Assembly (NCBI GenBank): GCA_011109175.1
Contig: RDEW01000024.1
Span: forward strand, 303,199 to 367,198
From: Dicyema japonicum
Lineage: Eukaryota; Animalia; Dicyemida
Reading direction: 5' to 3'
Length of the DNA stretch: 64,000 nucleotides
Shown in pieces: positions 50,230 through 63,200 of this stretch. Under the pieces are notes generated by a model. That model saw nothing but the letters and a program-made list of their open reading frames with translations, made no database searches and was not told where the DNA came from. Made by a program: the position numbers and the translations under genes. Each line of letters opens with the position of its first letter. Position 1 is the first letter of the stretch.

Positions 50230-51020
50230 ATGGACAATTTTGTTCCACATTGAAAATCATGCACACTCGGCAAAAAAAGGTGGAAAAAGCGAAAACAATT
50301 TTGAGTTAATGGTCTCTCAAAGTCACTGAAAATAAAACTGAAAAAACGACAACTCGCTTTGAGGAAAAGTGGAAGAACACCCGAAAACTAGATACTTCAG
50401 AGGATATCACAAGACGAAAGATATTAGCCACAATAGCACTTTAAAAATTACAATCAATTTTGATGAGAAAGAATCAAATTTCTAGTAAGATGCGGTTACA
50501 CTTATGTAATGGATTTGTCAGACCAGTCCTCATGTACAACGCAGGTATTTGGGGAACATCAGAGAAAGATATGGAGCAACTCGACTTATATCAAAGAGGC
50601 CGACTAAGAAAACTCCTTGGATAAATAAAACCTCAAACAATAAATTATACAGACTGACTGATTGTAGACCAATAAGTCTGAACACACTTGAAGCTCGTTG
50701 GCGCCTTTTTGGACATATTATACGGATGGGTGAAGAAACACCATGCAATTCCGCCATGGAAGAATTTTTGGCCATACTGAATTTTCTACATTCTGAGGAC
50801 GTCCATTAGGTTGTCTTCCCAGGATGCTTGTGTAGGATTATGTTGTGATCGGGGCCGATTAATGTATGCAGACGATCTGGACAAAATCAGGAGGCGGCAA
50901 GACGACGAAAGGGTTGGAGAAGGCTAACTGCAAGAGTAGTCAAAAACATGGCACAAACGAAACCATGAACACTGTTTATTGGCAACGCATACGTGCATTA
51001 ATTAAATTATTAATAATTTA
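50230..51020 (+). mobile_element. RTE-like LINE 3' part
   Basis: FVRPVLMYNAG.WG and ARWRLFGHIIRM; AT-rich tail. Confidence 0.8.
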
Positions 51021-51154
51021 TAAAGAAAATAACCAAATGATGAGGAAGAGCTTAATAATTTAAGTATCTGAAAAGAAGGGACATCATATTAGTTTTAGTA
51101 AAAAAAATACCGATAAACCTTCACCAAGGTCAAGTGTCTTGTAATACAAATTAC

Positions 51155-52165
51155 TAATTTTTTTACCCCAAGATCACCAGATTAGAAAAAGTTAAAAGTT
51201 AACTACTAATTTTGAGACGACGATTCAGAAATCATCGAGTTCCAGGAAGGATATACGTAATCGATTACTGGCAGTATGTATTGCCTGTAAATTTTCCGTT
51301 GTATGAAAGTGTTGTGCCCGATTGGTGATCGGGACAATCTTTTCAATATGTTGGTCCTCCTCCTGACTTTGGTAATAATGTCATTGACGTGTTCGCCGAA
51401 TGTCAGGAGAGTATCCAACTTTAATCTTGATCTTCTATGTGTAGAGAAAATTGTTATAAATGACTTTCCTGCAGAAACTTCCAGTCAATTTGATATGAGC
51501 CAATGTTCCATAATATAACTTTAAAGTTTCATCCCTGCCTTCTCATAGTTAGAGTTTCTCGTCGCAAGAACAATGTCATCTGCGTATGAGAGTATCAATG
51601 TATCGGGATCATAATTGGTGCGGAAGGTCATTGGTGTACAAGTTGAAGAGCAGGAGATAGAGAGGTGAACCTTGAGGGACACCACTCGGCAATGAACGGG
51701 ATTTAGAATTTCTGTTGTCCAATAAACGGGATTTAAAAATTATTATAGTTATTATGGGGGTGATAAATTATTGACAGAGGCGAAAAATTTTTTATAGGGG
51801 GATACAAAAAAAGGTTGAGAAACACTCCCATAGATAACTCCCCGTGTCTAGATCGACGCCGATTAGAGTATCCGAGTGAATCGGATAAGATCAAGACGAT
51901 AGGGAGAAGAGAGACACCAATTGAAGGGAATATATATGTTCACAGCAGTTATTAAAAAACAGGATATGATTCATGATTAGTGTAATGAGGCCTCCACCCC
52001 TTCCATCTTTTCTGTCCCATCTGAACACAGAGTATCTCGAGTAGGTTTGCTGCCGTGTGGTTAACTTTCGTCTCTTGGAAAAAACTACATCCACTGAATG
52101 TTTGTGATGGTGGAAATGCAGTATTATTTGATTGCAAGGGAGATAGATTAAGACTGCTTCTCAAA
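51155..52165 (-). mobile_element. I/Jockey-like LINE remnants (APE and RT) interrupted by a hAT end
   Basis: FQETK, DRKDGRGGGLITLI, GVPQGSPL..LLFNLYTNDLP, LSYADDIVL, LTFGEHV...IYRQYILPVIDY; 3' tail shared with 58037-58070. Confidence 0.85.
51735..51830 (+). mobile_element. hAT-type 3' terminus
   Basis: ggggg...aaaaaggttgagaaacact, typical of Buster/Charlie ends. Confidence 0.55.
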
Positions 52166-52479
52166 TCGCCAAATTAAATTTCCGAAAATCTGTCGATCTC
52201 GGTCATTCGTTTTGAGATCACCAGTCGTCCAATCTCTTAACAAAGGGTGGCATGTTTAGAAATAGTTCTCATGAAATTTTCAACTGAGAAAAATGGTAGA
52301 AGCACTTATCCGAAAATCAATACAATTATGTGCAGGGGGAATTGTCGGAATTGACGAAAACAAGTTCTTCCAATAAATTATCATTAAGGAGATTGAATTT
52401 GGAACTCGTCGTCGGTTTTTGGCTGAGGTTCTGGACAGTTATATTTCATTTTATAAAAGAAAGACTGAAACTACACGAG

Positions 52480-52950
52480 AAATTTCTACATTTATGTTTT
52501 AATTTATTAACCCGGATACACCGTGTCTTTTTGTTTGTGAGTTGCAAAAGAGAATTCAATTCCGCAGTGTTGAAACACTAATGACGGCTTCAATTGTCGA
52601 CCTTAAACTTCGTAGATGCGTAACAAATAATCGACGAGAATAGTATTCGGAATTGAAAACAATAATAGAAACAAATGCTCCAACTGAGGAAGATAGAGAT
52701 ATTTAGTCCCTGTGAAACCTATTTCCATGTCCCTGGGTTTCTGAATAGTGTCGAAATCGCACTTTGTTGAGGACTCCGTAACCATTTTTTAATTGATCTA
52801 GAATTTTCAAAAACGATCTGTTGTTATACATAAATAATAGGGGACCGAGACAAGAGAAAGAGTGACCCCTCCTGTGGTTGTATAGAAGGCAGAAACTGCA
52901 AAAAATGGTGGTCCTTCATGTTGTATCTGAAAAGCACCATTAATTTCTTT
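52480..52950 (-). pseudogene. Micro-intron gene remnant of uncertain family
   Basis: Exon 52950-52830 and a 32-nt intron (52829-52798) join in frame to ...NKVRFRHYSETQGHGN. Further GT-AG micro-intron candidates lie downstream, but the frame is not maintained. Confidence 0.4.
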
Positions 52951-53389
52951 CTAAAATATTATAAAAATAATTTAATCTAGTGTGAAATCAAAGTCATTAA
53001 TTTTTTGAGTTTTAAAAATTCGATCAATTTTGAGAATTTTAAATATTAGTGAAATAGCTATTTCAACCTTGGCAGAACTGGCGCTACAAATTCGTTTACA
53101 GTTAATTACAATCGAACAATTTTACAAAAAAAGTTCCCCGTCTAAATTGACTACAAACTCTACAAACCTTGTTTAACCAACAACGTGAGTCGAGTAAAAA
53201 TGTAATTAGTAATTTTACTTATTGTAAATAAAAATAGGAAAAATGTCAAAAATAGCATTTACCTAAAATAATTGATAAGAAACCTGGGAAATTATAATCA
53301 CTTTGAGTCCCCAATTAATATTTTATTAACCTTTATGTTAAGCTTACAGGGTTTCCGCTTCATATTAGTCATTTTCCAGATCAATTAAG

Positions 53390-53680
53390 TAATCTTTCAT
53401 TTCAATTAAGCCGTTTCCAATCTAAATAAGTCGTTGTTCACTTCAAACAAGTCACTTTCAAACAATTCACCTTCAACTACAAATAATTCATTATATTTTT
53501 TAAAGCAAAATTTTCAAAAAATTAAAAACCAAAGTATATGTTTTAAAAGAAAATTAAAAATTTAGACTTAATTCAAAATAATAGACAATCTTCTATACTC
53601 TGTAACTCTTTTAACATGTGTCTAAAAATCTCAGCACAATCCTCTTCAGTTATCGTCGTGAGAACTTCATTAATAAAATT
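53390..53680 (-). mobile_element. Tc1/IS630-like transposase C-terminus with subterminal repeats
   Basis: INEVLTTITEEDCAEIFRHMLKEL; repeated aataagtc/aacaagtc motifs. Confidence 0.4.
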
Positions 53681-56615
53681 AGGTTGACCTAAATAATAAT
53701 TTCATTTAAAAATGTTTTCTGTTGTCAAAAATTTGCCTAGTAAGCATAAGATACTAGAGGACTTTGAAACTGAAGGTGCTTCTGTTCAATGCCAGAGAGT
53801 TTTAAAAACACTAGGAGAGATGATGTTTCTATAGATTGTCCGCAAAAACCTGAAATTGTATCACGTTTTAGCGAGAACCGAATAAGTTTATTCAGCAGTT
53901 CAAAGCATTAAGGAATTATATTTTTTGTCAAATTAAGATTTCCCCAGAATCACTAAACTTGTAGTGTAAATCACGAATCTATGTTATGAAGTATGTTTCA
54001 AAAACACAAAAAATATTTTATATTAAAAACACATAAATAATCAAAAATGATTCGTTGTTACCTTCACGATCAACAGAGATCACTCGAGAAGCCAACAAGT
54101 CTCAAATGTGTCATGGCTTTTTAGTGTAGGCCAAGAGTACCAGCTTCTTATGAACTTACAATTACAAATCATAAAATTACTTTAGTGAGTTCAACTCGAG
54201 GATGAGGTTGTCAAAGTGGAAGGTTGTTTAGCAGCGTATCTTTGATCGTTTCATGGGGTCTGGAATTAACGAGAAAAGTAATCTGTTATTTCACTTTCTT
54301 CCTCATCACTATGGTCACTTTCCTTGATTTGAATTCCCCATCTAGAAGATGACATCAATTCATCACAAAGTTTTTGTCATTGAATTTACGCCACAACTGA
54401 AGACACAACGGATGAGGTTGAAGAATTTATAAGAATTTGGAGTTTATCTAAAAATTGAATACGATCAAGTTGATTGATGTCCATTATAACAATCATCGTG
54501 AATAATACATTTTTGAGTGTACTAAAGAGACCTGAATCCAGCTTTTACCCGCACAAAGTCGCAAATAAATAACAATCTTTAAATTAAAAAAAACAATATT
54601 TTATACTTTAATCAAGTAATCATTCGGAATTTTACAAATAATAATAATAAGACCAATGACCACGGTTTTCACAAACAAACAAATACAGCAACTTAAAAAA
54701 GATTAATTTTTAAATTAAAAATATATAATAGTTTTTTATAGTAAAAATATCCATTTGATTTGAAAGTGAAAGCAACATAATTTTTTTACAAATAAATTAA
54801 TTTATTACTGAAAAAAGTGAGCAATGGTCATATAGCGCCGCTCTGACTGCGTGGCTATTCCCTCAGTATGCAAGTAAGATTCGTTCAATAACCAGCAGCG
54901 TTCATGGGGTCGCCTGATAGTGTAGAATCCGATTCCCTAGACAATTTGAAAATTCCAGCCGTCTCAGGCTCAAGGGAAAAGACTTCTCAACTGGCGAGTG
55001 AACGAACAAAAAAAGGTAAACAAAACTCCACTAGGAATGGGCGTTGAGTCAGCCACGCTCTCGGAAGATGCCCCTGTCACAAACAGGCACGGAGATGTTG
55101 GCTAGATGACACTAGCAGATCTTCAAAAGAAATACCGGCATACAGCATCGTCCAGGCCCCGATGAAAGAACATGGAAGGTAGTGCAACATAATTAAAATT
55201 AATTTTAATCAAAAACGCTTAAGGCCAGGTTATTTCATCTGAAAATAGTTTTTGAGGTACTCTCTAGAAGTCATTTAGTCTCACCTAGATCCTTGGTGAT
55301 CCATAGGATCCGACGGACTAGGTCGTCAGTTTGTGCGACATGGATTCCTGCCATCTCAAAAGAAGGAGACTAGAATGCCTTACACATACGATTTGGATAT
55401 CCACAACAACTAAACTTCCCCAAACACAATATGGGTTGCATAACCAGTTATTCTGAGATTTCCAAATGACTCAACAACCAAAAAGGACTCAGTTCTTTTG
55501 CCTTTGCAACGAACTATCAGATCGATCCCATTAGTCAGCAATAGAGCTGTTGGGTCTGTTAAGTGATGCGAGAGGAACAATTTTTTTGCAAATTCTTGTA
55601 ATAGGTGGACTGCATGAATGCAAGAAAGGGAGTTAAAAGGTTAAATGAACACTCACTGTGCCATTGATGAAGAATATTGAATCACTAGTATGGGAGACAT
55701 CTTACTTGTGTTCTTGGTTAAATATGAAATCAGTAACCATTCCGAAAGTGTGTCCATAAAAACATTGAAATACTTGACCATAGATCTCCTGAGATCACCT
55801 TTTCTAAATCGCTGCTCCCGAAAGCCGTCAAAGAGACTCCCATGTCTAGTCCAGCTCTGAATGGAAGAGATGTTCGAGATCTCCTTGCTTATCCTAGGCC
55901 ATCAGGACTATACGTGAAAGTGGAAGATCTCTGGGAATGACCTATCTTAGTAACGCCTTTCCTAATGCTCGCCTTCCAAGGACACAAGTCAACCGAGAAC
56001 AAAGAAATTATCCTGTGATGTGAGGGAGAGTGAATGATTTTTATGATGCCTTCCTGGACTGGTGGATCTAATAACACACTCCAATGACAATATGAGGGTA
56101 AAGAGCGTAGCATGATGAGAAATCCTCGACAAAGTAGCAAGGTGGAATAAACACAGAACTATTTTATAGCCATGACATCCTAACTATTAAGCTACAGTAT
56201 GTCTTGACATCAATACATTATTCTAATTCGAGTAGAATAATTACTTTTAAGTTCGACACACTTAAAGGGGAAAAAAGTAATAAGCAGATCAAGTGCGTCA
56301 AAGGTCGACCCTGTCTAAATTCACCACAAGTGCCTAAACGTCCAATAACATTGAGCAATCTCTCAGATTAAGTTATTTTGTGTTATAGTTGAAACTCGGA
56401 ACTTTGGGAACTCCAACGAGGTTTACATGAAAACTGATAGATAGGAGAGGAAATTTGATTTTTAATGCAAACTATCTTGGAGAATACATTTTGACTACCT
56501 CTCAAGAAAAATCGAATCGTCGATTCTATACGATAATCTGGAATATTCCAGCCGTCGTTGGAAAATTCCATAACGGCTATACGCTTAAAAAGAAAATTTG
56601 CGCGATAACCAGAAA

Positions 56616-56870
56616 ATGGCTGGTCGAGTGAACGTTTGTAGGGATTTGAATCTTGTCAAAGTTATATTTGATGGAATTCAGGTAAAGTGTGGGTTTTGAT
56701 GTCTTTAGACTGGTGAGGTCATCCACAGCCAGGACTTTGATGACGCCAGTATGGGAATGAAATCTATCGCAAGGAAGCTTTCAGACGCAGGATATGAACA
56801 ACAAAACGACTATGAGTTTGTTACGGATGTCTCGAATGAGGAAATCCTATCCGTTTTGTCTCCTCCATAA
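56616..56870 (+). CDS. Putative 75-aa orphan protein, 2 exons
   Basis: AAAATGG start; exon 56616-56681, 27-nt intron CAG|GTAAAG..TTTAG (56682-56708), exon 56709-56870 ending in TAA; T-rich 3' flank. Confidence 0.62.
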
Positions 56871-58036
56871 TTTCTTAATTTACTTTAATTTCTTGACTTT
56901 TTTTTAAAATTGGAGTTTTTGTTTTTATTATATTTTTTGATTCCCGACAGGTAAATCTCTGGGACATCTTTTTGTGGCCTCATTGAATCCTCAACAGAGA
57001 CACAATACCGCCTATGCTATCTTGCCAATATTTATGTGGCGCCCTTACTTCTTATCTTGTTAAACCCTCAACCAAGGGCTTAGGCCTTCTCATTCAACTC
57101 ATTCGATATCCCTATTACTCATGAAATCAATATTAAGTTCATGCTAAATTGATGATGATCAATAATAAAATAGGTCAATGTCAATTTAAGGATAACTTCA
57201 GTGACATTATGCAGATATGGCCAATTGCTTCAGTTTTATATTTAAATAAGCTAGACGAGACCTTGTAGTACAGGCCAATGGAGACTGGGATAGAACGTCT
57301 TCTAGATGTTTGAAAATTGAATATGGAACGAGTGACCCCATCAAACAAAGTTACATCAACATGAACCGAACATTATAAGGGAGAACCATTTTAAAGTTTT
57401 CACTCATAATAAGAATCCATTGGGGGATTGATCTTGCCCCCACAATCAGATAGGTATAATAAATTAAACAAAAATCCAGACAATGTGTAGTAAACCTGAG
57501 ACCGGTAGATTGGTGCACGTCCCTAACCACTACCAAGCAAATATTTGGTAGTTATGTGCTAAGAGGGAGATGTCATTCCGTCTAGACTCTTCGTTGTTCT
57601 TCACTACTGAGTGTTGATGTTGAGTTTAAGTCTGATCCAGTTTGTCCAGTTCTACAAAGAACATTATGGAATCAAATAGAAAGTTCTAGAACTTCGGGTT
57701 AATAACTGTATACACTTTATCCAAGTTTTTCTGCTTCCAGATCAACTCCTTTTTTGGATCAATATAATACGTGAGATGGGCCGTGGTGGTTATCAAAGCA
57801 ATGCATAGTTTCTTACCTTCTATTTTTATAAGTGAACTAATGGGAGCCATCGTCATTTGCTCCATCCTACATAATAGCTGCTTGCCTCCTACAAGATAGT
57901 GAGACTGGGGTTACTTAACTAACTAAGTACTCTTAATATTTCATGGCATTAGTTATGACAAGTCATATTCAACGCAGAAACTAGTAGCAAAGTCATTTTC
58001 CTCCATTTGCCTGTCATTCGCAATCTCCCGTAGTCA

Positions 58037-58735
58037 ATTTTTTTTACCCCAAGATCACCGCATTAGAAAAATAGTCAATTCAGATTCTCTATGATGCGTC
58101 TTTCAATTTTTGAATGTCTTAGTCGATTTTTTTCCATTAATAATTATATGTACGCTGCTGAAGGGTAGGTTTGAGAGATTATCTTTTTATACACGAACAA
58201 AGGTGTAAAGCCAAATAATTTAGTGACCTCAGTTTCAAGTAATTCTTGGATTCTCGTCTACGGGTCCGCTAGTGATCTCGAATATTTACAGAGGGATTAG
58301 ATTTTTTCTTCAAAACTGCAAAAACTTTTCTGCATGGATAACTTTTCCACCAAGTGGGTATTGGTTCCTTAAGAAACACAGGAAGAAGTGAAACATGTGT
58401 ATTTAATGATGGAAACTGATGAATTTAGCCAATAATCAATCATGTACCGAATTAAGTTCTAGGAAGTAAGTGCGATCTTGAATTTATTTCCTTGACGCGA
58501 ACTCTTCTGCGTCGGCCTCAAAGAAAGTCTACAGCCGCGTTCAGATGTAAATTTGATACAAAAATCTTAGTCAAGAGTGGTTTGAAGACAGAGTCGGAAA
58601 CCTTCTGTATGTCGATTGATACTAAAGCCATCCTTAAGTGAGTTTTCCCATTGAAAACCATCCGTGATAAATTAGGGAATAGAGCTAGAGTCGTGGTATA
58701 TTGCCCAGCTCTAAAGACCTGCTGGAACGAAGACA
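58037..58735 (-). mobile_element. I/Jockey-like LINE RT remnant and 3' tail
   Basis: QQVFRAGQYTTT and LVSIDIQKVSDSV; tail shared with 51157-51190. Confidence 0.7.
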
Positions 58736-59039
58736 TTAGAAGAGGAAGGAGGATTAGGATCGGAATAAGACTAATAGACAAAAAATAAATCAGAATAAAA
58801 CTCTTTAGCACATTCGCCTGAGGGATTTAGTGTTCATAGTGAATAGGCAAGATATTGTCGTAAATTCCTGGGTCGTCTAGGAAATTGGATTTCTACACGC
58901 ACATGAGATTTACGTGAGTGGTGCTGACTATTTGAGCGAACTTCGCTCGTCTTTCTGAAGGAGAATAGCATCGCAGTCAGGACGGCTACTGTATCACCCC
59001 AGGTCAACTGTTTCTTTTACATAATATTAACTTTTTATT

Positions 59040-59530
59040 GATGGTTTGAAAATATTTGCTCAAAGATAACAATTATTAGGATGATAGAAAACATGAAGTA
59101 TTTTTTACATCAACCTGAAAAAAACTGTGACATATTGGCTACTAATCTGAAATGAAGAAAGCCAAGTATTTTGATGGAACAGAGGATTGTTATAAGATGA
59201 ATGGAGTAACACTCTAAAGCAGGTGATTTTACAAAAATTGCTATAGATGTTAGAAAAAGAATAGGTTTGGCTTATAAGAAGCTGAATGCAGAAAATATAT
59301 TCAAAGCAATAAATGAATACGCACTCTCACTTTACAATTACTATATTGGACTGATCAACATCTAACCATTTGAGTTAGAGGAAATCGATGTCGAGGTTCG
59401 TCGTATTCTTTGAGGTACGATTGTATATGAGATCCGAGAACAAAGAAAGGCTATACCTTCCCAGATATAAACTTGAAAGAGGTTTAGAATCAGTCGTGTT
59501 TAAGAATGAATGCATGCGCCTTTTCTTACT
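59040..59530 (+). mobile_element. R4-like non-LTR retrotransposon post-RT fragment
   Basis: LNAENIFKAINEYALSLYNYYIG, EEIDVEVRRIL, KERLYLPR..L.RGL. Confidence 0.8.
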
Positions 59531-60499
59531 CAATAATCTACGTTATCGACATTAGCGTTACGACAGTATATACGACTACAAGTATTAATGAGAATAGAGG
59601 CCATAAAATACTCAATTTTTGTCCAACATATTGAATCGATTTATTTTTATGCCGTTTATTCGCCTCGTTTTGCAGTAAACTACTACTTCTGTTGATATAT
59701 AATAAAAAACTTGGAATTTAATGTTGGAAGGTTAAAAAAGATTTCCATTAAGTTTGTCAACTTGATTGCTGTGCGGTGAAATAGCAGATATTCAAATAAA
59801 GCAAATAAAAACTCGACATCGACTTTAAATGGACTTTATTGACATTAAATTTTGACCAATTTGACTTTAGTTCGGCTCTGTTTAAATTTTGATTTTTCAA
59901 AATTTATATTTTTCGCTTAAATTTATTAATTTTTATTAAATTTATTTAATACATTGAGATGTATTTATTATGCATGCGCCATGTGGGGTCCATTCATTTC
60001 GCGGGAAAATTCCTTGAAGATCGAAACTAGCCAAAAAAGGCTTCTAAAATTACGGAACGATGGACTCTTCCAAAGTTCAGTTTCCAATGCCTATGGAATA
60101 CTTAATACGTAGAACAGAGGAACGTGTCGTTGCGACTACGAGGATCCAGTTACGTGCTTTTGTGTGCTCAAGGGATGAACATCGTTCAAGTTGAAGTTTT
60201 TTTTGTGGCGTGCAGGGATCACGTGACTAGTTATTTGTTGTTAACTTGTCTTTCAACTATTAAAGGTAAACAATTTTTAATTGGGATGACTGTCTTTACA
60301 TGATCCTAAATTTTTGACTCTTGTGCAAGATGCGTTGGAGTTAAGACACTTTTTCTTTCCCAAAATCCACATGTATCATTTTTATTGCCACTAATATAAG
60401 TATCAGATCAAATGGAAAGACCATTGGGATTCGCAGACATCATGACTAATAAGTGTGGTCAAGACGTTAAAGGATTTGATGAAGACTTTCACTCCACTT

Positions 60500-60700
60500 T
60501 TCTCGACAAAATCACACTGAACTCAAACCGGTCGAGAAGCCCATGGTATTTCTCTCCTTTAGCCCTTACCGGCTATTATTTGGAATGCCCTCAGCTAGAT
60601 AAGTAATCAAGAAAAACAACCTCCTTTAATGCTCTTCATATCGAGCATGGTTTCACCTCATATTTTGGGGAATTTTCAAGGTATCTGAGAAGGACTTTAA
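60500..60700 (+). mobile_element. Possible Gypsy RT remnant
   Basis: YFSPLALTGYY...KTTSF resembles YFSxLDLxxGY..KTAF. Confidence 0.35.
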
Positions 60701-61790
60701 ATTGAGAATTAATTTCAACGTCGCCATATATGATCGACTCAAGATCTTGATCGAAAGCTGGACGCTAGTAGTAGCCACTAATAAACGAACCGTTAAGTAA
60801 TTTTTGATAAAAGAAAAATTTTGGCTTTGTTAGCTACAGAAGTCAGTTATTTTCTCAGAAGGTTGATCCCATTGGTTTTCACGTGAATCACCTGCTCGTG
60901 GAGAAAACTGCCTAAAAATGTAGCCAACAGATAAACTTTTTCAAAAACTATTTATTAGTTTTCCTGGCAGTGGCTATAGGACGAGGGCCATGTTTACGTT
61001 CCCAGTTCTTTCCGACCTCTCATTAGGCCGTCAAGTGCTTCCAAAACCAAAGTGCCAATAGAACAAAGTTGTCTGTATTTTATAATCTCAGACAAACAAT
61101 AAATATTAAAAATTAATTTTACAAATATAATCGGTTGTCTTTACCTTTTTCTTACGTTTTTCGTCAAATTAAACCGAAACTCGTAAAATTTGAACGACTG
61201 AGTGATATGCAGAAAATTTTCTCCAAATTATCGAATGAATCCTATTTTTTTAAACTCCCGAATCCATGCTTCTAGCTTCTATATCTCTTTATAGATGTTA
61301 TTAAAACTTGCCGCATTTCTGGAAGCTACAAAAAAGTCATTAGTCTCAACTCCCTTCTGGAACAGTTTTGATTGGAAGACAACGGAAGTTGGTGAGGGCA
61401 GCTACTTTGCTTAACAACCCCTCTACGAAGTCATGACCAAATACCTCAAAAATACCATAGATAACTCATAATTTTTTTGAGTCATCCAGGGATTTTAGGA
61501 TGAATATAAAACTCAGAAAGATTCCGTAGACATCGAGCTGAGATTCTCAATGGAGATCAGAGGCTTTTAAAGATAGCATTGAGGACCAACAAAGACCTAG
61601 ATGATCTGATGAGTCTGACGACGAAGATGGAAACTATTAATGAACAGGATCATAAGGGGGCATGTATAGAAACTAATATGATTCTACATTCTGTTTCTAA
61701 TAATAAAAGTTAAAAATGTAGGTTTGTTACAAATCAAGTCAAAAATCATTACTAAGATTATTGAGTATATGATCTTTATCCTCAGCAAAC

Positions 61791-62040
61791 GAGTGCAGGG
61801 CAAGAGGCCTGAAGTCCTAGTTCGAATCCCGCTGCTGTACATTTCGGTCATAGGTGCACGCATCTACGAATGCTTTGGCTTGCCAGTGACGTTGTCATCA
61901 GTGAACATTTCACTACAGAACCGGATGGTCTCTGTAGGACATACACCCAACAAAAAGAAACAAAATAAGTGAAGAGCATTCCTTGGTTCTCCCTCATCGA
62001 TTAGTTACAATGACTGTTCTTAACTTAAAAAAGTGTGTTT
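61791..62040 (+). mobile_element. SINE copy (family of 35722-36030), 3'-truncated
   Basis: B-box GTTCGAATCC at 61820-61829; cacgcatctacga, aagtgaaga.cattcc and cgattagtta...actgttctt shared with the full copy. Confidence 0.82.
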
Positions 62041-63200
62041 CATGGACTTATTTTCTTTCTGGACTGGCATTAGTACCTTTATTCCAAACTCTGAAAAGTC
62101 CTTGTTAGCTTTCATATCGTTCAGTAATCTTAAAAGTTTATCTGCAAGTTCTCCTGTGCCAAACTTTAATAATTCTGAGGATATGTTGTCTGGTCCCAGA
62201 GAACGACCAAATTTGAGCTTCTTTATCGCTTTGGAGTCCACTTCCGGTAAGATGATCTGTTCGAGTTTTGTGTCTTATGGCGTGAAATTCAATTTTTTTT
62301 TTCACAAAGAAAAGTCGTTCAAACTTGATGCGACAAACCCTATCTGTTTGGCAGCATTTCTTATTGTTTTTCCTTTTCTGTCGTGTAAAAGAAGCTTCCC
62401 TGATTGGTTCTTCCCCCGCAATAGTCGCATAGCCATAAATGTTTTTAATCTTGTTTTCCAAGTGGGTGATGTGATGTCGCTTGTTTGAGTTTGATTTCTT
62501 CTAGAATTGACTTCGTTCTTGTTTCAGTTTGGAAACAATTTGCGGATGCGCAGTTTTTTAGGATCTGATCCTTAAACCCTTCTGCAGATTCAATAGAGCT
62601 GGCATATCTGGGTGACGCTGACTGTTTTGGAGTTTAGGTTTCCCAAGGTGTTTATCAGTCGCGGAAATGATTCTCCTCACAGTTTTGAAACATGCATTTC
62701 CCGGTAGAAGATCAGTTCATATATATTTCTGATTGACTCTGATACACACTCTTGATACTCTACTTGCAGTCTTCTGACGAGCCCGAGAGTTCAGTAATAT
62801 ACCTTCTTCTTGATCCTGTGGAAAGCACAAGACATTGTGTTTGGATGAAGCATCTCCTGCTAGATTTCAAGTGGAGAAACATACCCATTCTCCGGACTTA
62901 GACAAGATTTTAGGTTGAATTTTGCAGACACAATTATGTGGTCACCTCCATAACATCTCGAGTCGCTTAAGAAAAATTTGTCTTTTATTCGACAACAATA
63001 TAATCGATTATAAATCTTTATCGGATTTCCGGTATTCGAAAGTCGGGAGCCTACCCACGTTGTTTTATGTCCTGCGGAATGTTCCTGATCATAGTTCCTG
63101 ATCCCTCTTTTGTGTGGCCTATAAAACGTTCGTATCCTTTTCGTATCCCAAATTTAGCATTTTAATCGCTGTCAATAAATTAGAAGAAATATGAATGAAG
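62041..63200 (-). mobile_element. Decayed RTE-like LINE (APE end to RT start)
   Basis: KTTWV, IDY, DHIIV, AIKKLKFGRSLGPDNISSELLKFG. Confidence 0.82.

Noticed and set aside
61606-61626. Hammerhead-like CTGATGA-GTC-tgac-GAC-GAA
   Set aside because: It has GAAG instead of GAAA, I find no convincing stems I/III, and it reads as a gag-like coding remnant (DDLMSLTTKME)
62033-62488. 151-aa plus-strand ORF (likewise the minus-strand ORFs at 22144-22989)
   Set aside because: These are antisense shadows of LINE coding sequence
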